This document shows positions 9,330 through 17,194 of a stretch of DNA of 17,194 bases, in pieces (position 1 is the first letter of the stretch; each line of letters opens with the position of its first letter). The position numbers and the translations under genes are program-made. Origin of the DNA: Octopus sinensis (taxonomy: Eukaryota); NCBI RefSeq assembly GCF_006345805.1, contig NW_021824913.1, positions 1 through 17,194 of the forward strand. Direction: 5' to 3'. The notes below the pieces were generated by a model. It saw only the letters and a program-made list of their open reading frames with translations, made no database searches and was not told the DNA's origin.

Positions 9330-9560
9330 GCCTTGTGGGCAATAAAGAAATAAGAATCGTTAGCACTTTGGAAAAAATGCTTAGTGGTATTTCGCCCGTC
9401 GCTACGTTCTGAGTTCAAATTCCGCCGAGGTGGTCTTTGCTTTTCATCCTTTCGGATGAAATAAGTCGGTGAAATAAGTACCAGTTACGCACTGGGGTTG
9501 ATGTGATCGACTATCTCCCTCCCCGAATTTCAGGCCTTGTGCCCATAGTAGAAAGGATTA
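9330..9560 (+). mobile_element. Type-1 SINE tail stub (9330-9353) followed by a Nin/Deu-like SINE with tail type 2 (9354-9560)
   Basis: GCCTTGTGGGCAATAAAGAAATA matches the tail at 9091-9112. The body matches 8895-9045. The 3' end differs (CTCCCCGAATTTCAGGCCTTGTGCCCATAGTAGAAAGGATT). Confidence 0.8.
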
Positions 9561-9979
9561 TTTGCTTCACGAATGCCATTAGGACAGTGATGAACATCAC
9601 TACATCAATATTTGCTTCTTCTGAAGTTAATAAAAGTCAATAATCATTCGTAGTTATCGATGTTTAGAATATAATAAATAGTACTTCCCCAACCACGACC
9701 ATCACCACCACCAAAAAAAAAAAAAAGCGGGAGGGAAAAAACGGAATGGTTACATTCGTGACATTTTAATTCCAAAACATAATTTAAATAAAATGGATTC
9801 AACTGAGAATTGAAACTGCGTTGTTTCGATTCAAACGAAACCAACTTCCGAAGGACCAAAATAATCACCACGACAAGCAAATGGTAACCACATGGACAGA
9901 TGTACAGGGTATCGATCATAAAATGATATCGATAGCAGCCAGAGGCAAGTTGATAATCTGACTGCAAACTTTGGTTTAA

Positions 9980-10199
9980 CCCTTTAGCATTGAAACCGAC
10001 CCTTACTGGCCCAGGTGCTCTTCTTGGTTTATGTTCAAACTGACCACATCCAAACTCTCACACCTACCATACAATGTAATTCTAAAAGCAAACAGTCACA
10101 TTTTCAAAATCTCAAAACTACAAGATAATGCATGATTAATTGAAAACAATGTAAATAAACAAGCATTAAATTCGACAAAATAGTGTGAATATTAAGGGG
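9980..10199. mobile_element. piggyBac-like MITE (220 bp)
   Basis: TTAA at 9976-9979 and 10200-10203. Imperfect TIRs CCCTTTAGCATT / AATATTAAGGGG (9 of 12 match) begin with CCC. Confidence 0.75.
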
Positions 10200-10390
10200 T
10201 TAACCAAAAAACAAGATTGCACGCTCGGTTCCCCACAAAATTTTAATTCACTTCTATCTGTATGCAACTCACCGTTTAATACATACACACATACGTTTTC
10301 TTCTTTATATTGAAACAAAATGTAAACATTCTGTTATTTTGCCACTTTAAAAATTTCTTTCTTTTACCCATTAGTTGACTATATTGCTAT

Positions 10391-10426
10391 GTTTTTTTTT
10401 CTTCATATTTTTGCTTTCTTTTTCAG
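10391..10426 (+). other. 3' splice acceptor
   Basis: Long polypyrimidine tract ending TTTCAG, directly upstream of and in frame with the long ORF. Confidence 0.8.
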
Positions 10427-11893
10427 GCTAACGAATGGTTGTCCACCTGCCGCACCCGTCTGTCTGTGACGAACTTAGAGAAAATTAGTGAGGAATCCGT
10501 AAAAGATGAGAACAGTCGGTCAAATGTCCAACGCAACCCATCTTCGAAAAACAATAGCAATCAAACGAATTATCGACGTCAAACAAAACGTCCAGTTAGC
10601 GTTTCCGGTTATCCTGGACTAGAGCATTATGGGAGATCTGATGCTTTCCGATATGATTTAGGGTGTGTGTCGAACAGATTGGTAAAATGGACCAATCCTT
10701 TGGAGAATAACCACAACGAATTAGAGACCTTCTCCACCATGCGCAGAGCTAGTTTTCAATGTCATGCTGTACTTACGAAGCAAAAAGGAGAAATGTCACC
10801 TTTAACAGCCAGCAGGGATTATCCGAGTCCCATGCATGCTGTTTTGCGTCAGTATCACTCGAAAATTGATGAGGACGATAGAATACTCAACGCAGGTAGT
10901 GATAGCCAGAGAAATGTAAGCAGTACGAAGACAAAAAACCAGATTTGCAACTGTCTTGGGGTCTCTAAAGACGTCAAAATTAACAGGCGGGGTTCATTTA
11001 CTGTAGGTATGAACTACAATAAGGATTTTCGAGTTTCTCAGTTCGATCCTTTACTTAGGCGAGCCAGCAGTTCTGATATCAAGAAAGTCAGCCGTAGAAG
11101 TTTAGATTTTTCGCAGTGTCAATTGAAGCAGAGGTCAGAAGAACCAAGAAAAATAGCGCAAAAAGCAAGTGATAACAACACACACAAATACACAGAATAT
11201 CGACCGCAAAATGACGTTGATGGGAATCAGAGACACGTCGATAAGCAGTCTGGAATCCGTGGTCTAAATAAAAAACAGGACCACTTGTCCAATTCTAAAG
11301 AAAACTCTAATCCAACACAGAATTTTTCACGAAGTTCAAAAACTGAAGAACAGAAAAAAAATATCGTTCAACTGGAGAGCTCTGTTTGTCGAAACACAGT
11401 AAACCTTGAGAAAAATAGCATATCAGAATGTAATAGAAAGAGGGACACGAAGAGCGACGGCAATACAGAACACTATTCTGAGGAATTCAGAAAGGAAAAT
11501 AATTTAAAGAACGAGAATAACAGAATACCTACAAAACACAATTCTCAAACGGAGAATGACAGTAATAGAAGCTTCCATATTGCTAAGGGAGATAATCTCA
11601 GTTTCACTTCCGATGAGGGTTACGGAGCATCATTGGCCAGCACGCCCAGAGAACGACGACAGTTGAGTATATATTCGGACACCAGTTGGATCTCAGCCGA
11701 TACACATGACAACAGATCATGTGACTTCAATTGTGAGAACAAAAGCAACGATACGAATCTCATTGTAAATCCAAATAAAAGTTCGAGATATGTTTATAAA
11801 AGTGGAGTGAATGTGTCTGCAAATAACTGGAATTTAAAGGGCACAACGCCCTTTCAATCAAAGGTACTACCATTCAAACAGACTTCTTTGTGA
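10427..11893 (+). CDS. Large coding exon of an unidentified gene; S/N/K/R-rich, probably disordered protein (ANEWLSTCRTRL...). Ends at stop 11891-11893 or at a donor after 11863
   Basis: About 489 open codons in otherwise stop-rich DNA, with no repeats inside. The ORF-track start is TTG, not ATG, and the phase-0 acceptor lies 12 nt upstream. No domain recognised. Confidence 0.8.
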   Translation, partial: ANEWLSTCRTRLSVTNLEKISEESVKDENSRSNVQRNPSSKNNSNQTNYRRQTKRPVSVSGYPGLEHYGRSDAFRYDLGCVSNRLVKWTNPLENNHNELETFSTMRRASFQCHAVLTKQKGEMSPLTASRDYPSPMHAVLRQYHSKIDEDDRILNAGSDSQRNVSSTKTKNQICNCLGVSKDVKINRRGSFTVGMNYNKDFRVSQFDPLLRRASSSDIKKVSRRSLDFSQCQLKQRSEEPRKIAQKASDNNTHKYTEYRPQNDVDGNQRHVDKQSGIRGLNKKQDHLSNSKENSNPTQNFSRSSKTEEQKKNIVQLESSVCRNTVNLEKNSISECNRKRDTKSDGNTEHYSEEFRKENNLKNENNRIPTKHNSQTENDSNRSFHIAKGDNLSFTSDEGYGASLASTPRERRQLSIYSDTSWISADTHDNRSCDFNCENKSNDTNLIVNPNKSSRYVYKSGVNVSANNWNLKGTTPFQSKVLPFKQTSL

Positions 11894-11934
11894 TTTGGTA
11901 CTCAATCGTCAGTGCATATTGTTACCAATTTTGC

Positions 11935-12112
11935 ACAAACACGCATACATATACGTATGTTTTTGTGTATATATATATTGACTGTATATACACACAAAAA
12001 CACACACACACACTCTATGCATATATATATATATATACATACAGTCACACATACATATGCATATTCATACATATACACAGACTCACACACACACTCATGT
12101 ATATATACATGC
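11935..12112. repeat. Mixed CA/TA low-complexity tract
   Basis: Direct reading. Confidence 0.85.
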
Positions 12113-12268
12113 ATTTTCTTTTGTCTTTCATTGTTTTGTATGGACCACGGGACTTTAATAAAAAGGGTTTATCAAAGTAAAATTTTTAAAAGAATCAAAA
12201 CTGTGTCATTGTTGCATTTTATTTACTCTTAATCTTTTAACAGTAACATACACACTTAAAAATACAGT

Positions 12269-12335
12269 GAGAGAGAGAGAGAGAGAGGAGAGAGAGAGGA
12301 GAGAGAGAGAGAAGAGAGAGAGAGGGAGAGAGAGA
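12269..12335. repeat. (GA)n microsatellite
   Basis: Direct reading. Confidence 0.95.
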
Positions 12336-12380
12336 CCAGTGAAGGGGCCAGGCTAAGTGGGTAGGGTTTTGCAGCACCCG

Positions 12381-12482
12381 TCTACTGCAACATCTACACA
12401 GCACATCTACTGCAACATCTACTGAATATATCCTGCGACATGCACTGCACGTCCACTGCAAGATCTAATTCACAGCACATCT
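12381..12482. repeat. Degenerate ~12-bp minisatellite (TCTACTGCAACA), about 8 units
   Basis: Exact units at 12381 and 12406, with variants TCTACACAGCACA and TCCACTGCAAGA. Confidence 0.8.
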
Positions 12483-12555
12483 AGTGGTTATGGCTTATGG
12501 CTCACAGCGATTAGGTGAGTTCGATTCCTGGACTGGGCGGCGCGCTGTCTTGCAC
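12482..12555 (+). mobile_element. Degenerate tRNA-like SINE head
   Basis: TAGTGGTTA A-box-like sequence and B-box GAGTTCGATTCC at 12517-12528. No body recognised. Confidence 0.5.
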
Positions 12556-12948
12556 AAGCTGTTTCCTTTCATGTTGCTTTCAGTCTGCTTAGCTATTATA
12601 AATGGGTAGCAGCCTGGTGCCGGCATAGTCTTCAACACTCCAGCTATAGTCACATGCTCGATGTTCCGTCGGAACAAAACTGGAAAGGTTGGGATTGTAT
12701 TCATATATCCGCTCCCCAGAACAAAAACACCGAAAACAATAAGCGAAAGCGCGGTATATGCAACACAACCACCACCCGCCAACTACCGATATGTGTGTGT
12801 ACTGATACACATCATATATAAATCTACAAAACGAAATGCGAACGTTTTGTAAAAGTTATGTGATGTGTGTCAGTATGTATGTGCGCACGCCCACCATTTT
12901 TTTAACAACCAAATTCTGATATAATTGAAACCTATACATTCTGAAAGG

Positions 12949-13249
12949 GAGGCGCAATGGCCCAGTGGTTAGGGCAACGGACGTAGGATCGCGGTTTCGA
13001 TTCCCAGACCGGGCGTTGTGAGTGTTTATTGAGCGATAACACCTAAAAAGCTCCACGAGGCTCCGGCAGGGTATGATGGTGATCCCTGCTGTACTCTTTT
13101 GCTACTCTTTCTCTCACTCTTTCTTCTGTTGGCCTGCTCGCTTAGCCAGCGGGGTGGCGTCATTCGAAGGCTAAAACAATGCGAACGCTTTGTGACCAGC
13201 GATGTGTAACAACGTCTGATGGTCTGGTCGGTCACGTGATCACGTGGTC
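12949..13249 (+). mobile_element. tRNA-derived SINE: head X + tail C (13130-13249), no module M
   Basis: Head homologous to 154-345. 13-bp TSD ACATTCTGAAAGG at 12936-12948 and 13250-13262. Confidence 0.92.
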
Positions 13250-14311
13250 ACATTCTGAAAGGTATCTATCGAAAATTTCATTACAAAATATTCATTATGA
13301 AATTTATGAAGAAGCAAAGTCGGCTGGTGTGAATGATCCGGAACTATTCTCTGCCCGCCTCCCTTTCTTTTTATCTATTCCGTTATCATCGAGATCTACG
13401 CCATCTGGAAAGTATTTGCAGATTTATTTTTTAAAAAATCCATTTTTCTAAAAGTTATAAGGAAGCAAATTTCTTGGGCGGGGGGTGGGGTGGGTGCACA
13501 TGAGTAGGTATGCCGTACATGCATACTATTTGGTCCTTTATGCTTACAAGGGAAGGCCATGGTTTTGGATATATATCAATAGTGGACTACATGCGAACGA
13601 TGCAACATATCGTTAAAATGTGACTATTAAACAATATGGCTACGTACTTCATTATTTGTTCCATTTTAACCATTTATAATATTTTCAGTGGTGGAGAAAT
13701 ACACAGTCATGCCTTTTCTAAGAATATTATCAATGTTAATAAGTTGAAATATTTCCAATCGGACAATGGAAATGAAATCCAGTTTTTTTTTTGCTCACCA
13801 TAAAAACTCAACTGTCTTAACAGTTATGTTCTAAGGGAAATAACCATATTTTATATTTAAAGAGTTGTTTCCCTTTAATTGTTATGGCTGTCGTGCTATA
13901 AAAATTATATTGAGAGACGTGTATTGTTGATGTGTTGTTGAATGATGCGGATGATGACATTTTAGGTGATGCAGAAGCGGCGCTTCTTAATAAAGTGACA
14001 ATTGTGGATTACTGGATATATATCGTAATATAAGATTACTTTAAGTTTTGGAGCCGATGTGAAGTTTGGGATGATGACATCCGTTTGAAAAGTGGTTTAC
14101 GGGGGAAAAGGAGATGAGAATGAAGAGAACACACACTCACAATGTGTGAGAGTGTGTTTGTAGATAGAGAGAGATGGAGAGAGGGTGAGAGAGAGCAGGA
14201 TGGATGTACATAAAATTGGAGAGGGTAAACGAGATGGACATAAAGAACGTTTGAGTGATAGATACGGGTAGACGAGCTGTGATTCACATTTGTATGTGTA
14301 CGTATTATATA

Positions 14312-14342
<31 letters not shown>

Positions 14343-14404
14343 AACCCAAACACACACACACACACACACAAACACAAACCCAAACACACACACACACACA
14401 CACA
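14312..14404. repeat. (CA)n with a duplicated AAACACAAACCCAAA interruption (34-bp period)
   Basis: Interruptions at 14336-14350 and 14370-14384. Confidence 0.92.
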
Positions 14405-14524
14405 GTGTAATATGATTTTACAGAAAAGCGTGTGCTAAGTTTCTGTTTATATTTAATCAACTATGATTGAGACTATAAATGAAGAGACGGTTTCTTTAGT
14501 CTTTTCGAGTCATAAATGTTTAAT

Positions 14525-14915
14525 TTACCAACCACATGGTTCCGGGTTCAGTCCCACTGCGTGGCACCTTGGGCAAGTGTCTTCTGCTATAGCCCCGGGC
14601 CAACCAAAGCCTTGTGAGTGGATTTGGTAGACGGACACTGAAAGAAGCCCGTCGTATATATGTATATGTATATATGTGTATATATATATGTATGTGTTTG
14701 TGTGTCTGTGTTTATCCCCTAGCATTGCTTGACAACCGATGCTGGTGTGTTTATGTCCCCGTTACTTAGCGGTTCGGCAAAAGAGACCGATAGAATAAGT
14801 ACTGGGCTTACAAAAGAATAAGTCCCGGGGTCGAGTTGCTCGATTAAAGGCGGTGCTCCAGCATGGCCGCAGTCAAATGACTGAAACAAGTAAAAGAGTA
14901 AAAGAGTAAAGAGTA
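14525..14915 (+). mobile_element. CORE-type tRNA SINE, 5'-clipped, with (TAAAAGAG)n tail
   Basis: Collinear with 2972-3363. CACCTTGGGCAAGT core and internal TA/TG linker at about 14655-14705. Confidence 0.92.
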
Positions 14916-14940
14916 TAATACAGAAAAATATATCGTCTCT

Positions 14941-15097
14941 AATATTGGTTTCAAATTTTGGTACAGCACTTTCGGGGTAGGAGTAAGTCGATTACATCAA
15001 TCCCAGTACATAACTGGTACTTATTTTATCAATCCCACAAAAGGATGAAAAGCAAAGTTGACCTGAACGGAAATTAAATTCTGAACGTAAAGACCGG
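14941..15097 (-). mobile_element. Nin/Deu-like SINE fragment, tail type 3
   Basis: Reverse strand reads GCTTTTCATCC..GATAAAATAAGTACCAGTT..GATGTAATCGACT, then ..TGTACCAAAATTTGAAACCAATATT. Confidence 0.75.
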
Positions 15098-15444
15098 TAT
15101 ATCGTCTTTAATATTCGATATTATCTTCTAAGACAAACTTTTAATGGACAGTTAATAACCCTGGAAATATTGACCTACGTGTAAGAAATTCCTCTTGCTC
15201 ACTTTCTCACATGTCTATTGCCGTATAATTCACGATATAGAATGAAGAAAAACTCAAGGATGCTTTTAAACAATAGACTATTTTCTCTCAATAGTAATAT
15301 GCTGAATTCAGCTTAATTGAAGCAGTTTCTATGTATGCTGTGCTGACAATTCAAAAAGAAGAGCTATACATGGCTACCTACCGAAGACTAGATATTTTAA
15401 GAACATTATGATATGTAAAAGCAGGAAACAATAAAGGTGTATGT

Positions 15445-15678
15445 CAGGGATTCCTAACGTGGAACATACACCTCACCGGTGGGGGCCGGGAAAATTGTGG
15501 TGGGGCGTGGAATCCAAATTTCTTTTTCTTTTTTTTTTTTTGTTGGACTAGGAATTGAGAAAATCTTTTAGTCACAACAAACATACTACACCTCTACGTT
15601 TTTCCAACCACCGGTAGGGCATACATTTTTCTGGAAAGTTACTGTGGGGCCTTGGGGAAAATATGTTGGGAAACACTG
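15445..15678. mobile_element. hAT-like MITE (234 bp)
   Basis: TIRs CAGGGATTCCTAAC / GTTGGGAAACACTG (11 of 14 match). Flanking 8-mers GTGTATGT and CTGCATGT (6 of 8 match) fit a decayed TSD. Confidence 0.62.
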
Positions 15679-15829
15679 CTGCATGTTCCGTATTTCTTCG
15701 TTAGTCCAAACATTCAAATTTGACTCTAGTTTAATCTAAAAGAGATTGTCTCCCCTAAAATAATTAGCCACCAGGAGCGCAATACGTGTTTGATATCATC
15801 CTTGTCTCTTATTTTTTAGACGGTAAAGA

Positions 15830-16960
15830 AAAAAAGACTTCCATGAGAGATGTGATCAAGAATTGTCCAATATCATATGCTAAAAAGAAAAGAGCGATAG
15901 CTGTTGGAATTGGATATTCAGTAATTACTACTTACCATGCTGTAGGCATCTTCAAAGAAATTGATGGCTATTCTGACAGTCACGACAGACAATTCAAAGT
16001 GGTAAGTTAGATGCAGTCACCGCTTGACGACGAGGGAGAAGAAAATAACAGCCGTTAACCGAAGATGTTCAATAGGAACGCTACCTACAAATCGGTGTTG
16101 CTGCTTTGAAATTTCGATGGATATGATTTGGGTTTACGTGCCTTCTTGAGTGTAATAGACTCCGCCGGTTACGACGACGAGGGTCCCAGCTGATACGATC
16201 AACGGAACAGCTTGCTCGTGAAATTAACGTGCAAATGGCTGAGCATTCCACAGACACGTGTACCCTTAACGTAGTTCTCGGGGAAAATCAGCGTGACACA
16301 GAGAGTGACAAGGCTGACCCTTTGAAATACAGGTACAACTCATTTTTGCCAGCTGAGTGGACTGGAGCAACGTGAAATAAAGTGTCTTGCTCAGGGACAC
16401 AACGCGTCGCCGGGAATCGAACTCACAACCTTACGATCATGAGCCGAATGCCCTAACCACTAAGCCACGCGCCCTCACATGAGTGTAATAAGACGTACAA
16501 TTTTTATGTAGCATGGAAGTGGGTGGGATGACATACTCTCATCTTAGTTTTCTCAGAAAAATAAGATAGGTAAGACAGATCAAAAATCTTGTGGTCGGAT
16601 GCGTCTAAGTTTAATTCGTTCGTCTTTGACATCGAGAGCATCTTCGACAGAGCATGCACTCCGTCTCTTAGAGAGAATTTCAATCGGAGTGCATAAATAC
16701 GGCTGTTAACCATGGTAGTGGTAATGTTATGGTTTGGGGTTGCATACCTAGAAAAGGAGCCGGCCTGATACATCAGGTCAAAGGTATCCCGATCCGTATA
16801 TCTTGAAGGAGATTAATGCTTCTATATGCCAAAAGTCATTTGAACAGTTCGTAGATTTTTCATCTTGAACAGCTCGAAGCTTACTGTACAAATTTTGTGG
16901 GATTTAAATTCAATAGAAAACCTATGGAAACAGGTTGGCGTGAGTATTTAAGTAAAGAAA
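15830..16960 (+). pseudogene. Decayed Tc1-family transposase, interrupted by a SINE
   Basis: ILWSDASKFN at 16586-16615, HGSGNVMVWGC at 16711-16743 and DLNSIENLW at 16901-16927 match Tc1 WSDESKF / HGGGSVMVWGC / DLNPIENLW. HTH-like RAIA..IG.S..FKE at about 15890-15960. Stops and frameshifts throughout. Confidence 0.85.
16158..16479 (-). mobile_element. tRNA-derived SINE: head Y (16339-16479) + module M (16223-16338) + tail B (16158-16222)
   Basis: Reverse-strand A-box TGGCTTAGTGGTTAGG and B-box GAGTTCGATTCCC. M and B align to 1435-1615. 11-bp TSD TGAGTGTAATA at 16147-16157 and 16480-16490. Confidence 0.92.
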
Positions 16961-16993
16961 TCTTGGGGATTGAGTAAATTCTATGATTATATA

Positions 16994-17016
16994 CAGTGGG
17001 GGGAAATAAATATTCG
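16994..17016 (+). mobile_element. Possible left TIR of a Tc1-like element
   Basis: TA followed by CAGTGGGGGGAAATAAATATTCG resembles Tc1 termini. No partner TIR in the window. Confidence 0.4.
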
Positions 17017-17194
17017 ATGACCTTGTCCTAAGTACCCACGAAATTTTAAGTAATATGGAGCTGAGGAGTCAAACTGTTATTAAATACTGACAGTATAAAT
17101 AACGGATTAACGGTATTAATGCAATATATTGAGATTATGAATATAGTAAAATGTTCGTACAAATACAGTATATTAATAGTATAAATATAGTTAT

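Noticed and set aside
284-9418. Short ORFs overlapping SINEs and MITEs (for example 284-469, 1419-1622, 1778-2021, 2972-3193, 9176-9418)
   Set aside because: They lie within non-coding repeats and are not kept open between copies.
12495-12782. Minus-strand 95-aa ORF with a signal-peptide-like N-terminus
   Set aside because: It starts at TTG directly after a stop, has a weak acceptor context, ends in a SINE remnant and has no recognisable homology. It cannot be excluded without RNA data.
12584-12820. Possible + strand exon after TTTCAG (12581-12583)
   Set aside because: The phase-0 frame that would follow the large exon stops after two codons. The open frame gives an unrecognisable peptide with no clear donor.
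13686-13835. Possible acceptor TTTTCAG and downstream exon
   Set aside because: Stop in phase 0 and no convincing donor.
16504-16773. Minus-strand 89-aa ORF
   Set aside because: Antisense shadow of the + strand Tc1 remnant.
1-17194. CRISPR array, operon or prokaryotic defence system
   Set aside because: No repeat-spacer arrays or gene-dense organisation. The architecture is eukaryotic intronic or intergenic.

Overview
AT-rich, repeat-dense eukaryotic DNA. It is most likely an animal genome and probably a coleoid cephalopod such as Octopus; this is inferred from recalled repeat families, not from a database search. The only convincing host coding sequence is one large + strand exon that starts at a strong splice acceptor (10427) and reads open for about 1.45 kb. 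It encodes an unrecognised, probably disordered S/N/K/R-rich polypeptide. The rest is a mosaic of several tRNA-derived SINE families, microsatellites, decayed minisatellites and other mobile elements. Those are three copies of a ~420-bp MITE (8-bp TSD, internal telomere-like repeats), a non-autonomous Helitron, a Helentron/HINE-like fragment, piggyBac-like and hAT-like MITEs, an RTE LINE 3' end and a decayed Tc1 transposase. The most interesting signal is a mix-and-match SINE system: two heads, an optional middle module and three 3' tails occur in five combinations. Four of the five are bounded by their own 11-13 bp TSDs, so they moved as intact chimeras. I see no prokaryotic system, CRISPR array or true tRNA gene, and I cannot confirm that anything here is undescribed.
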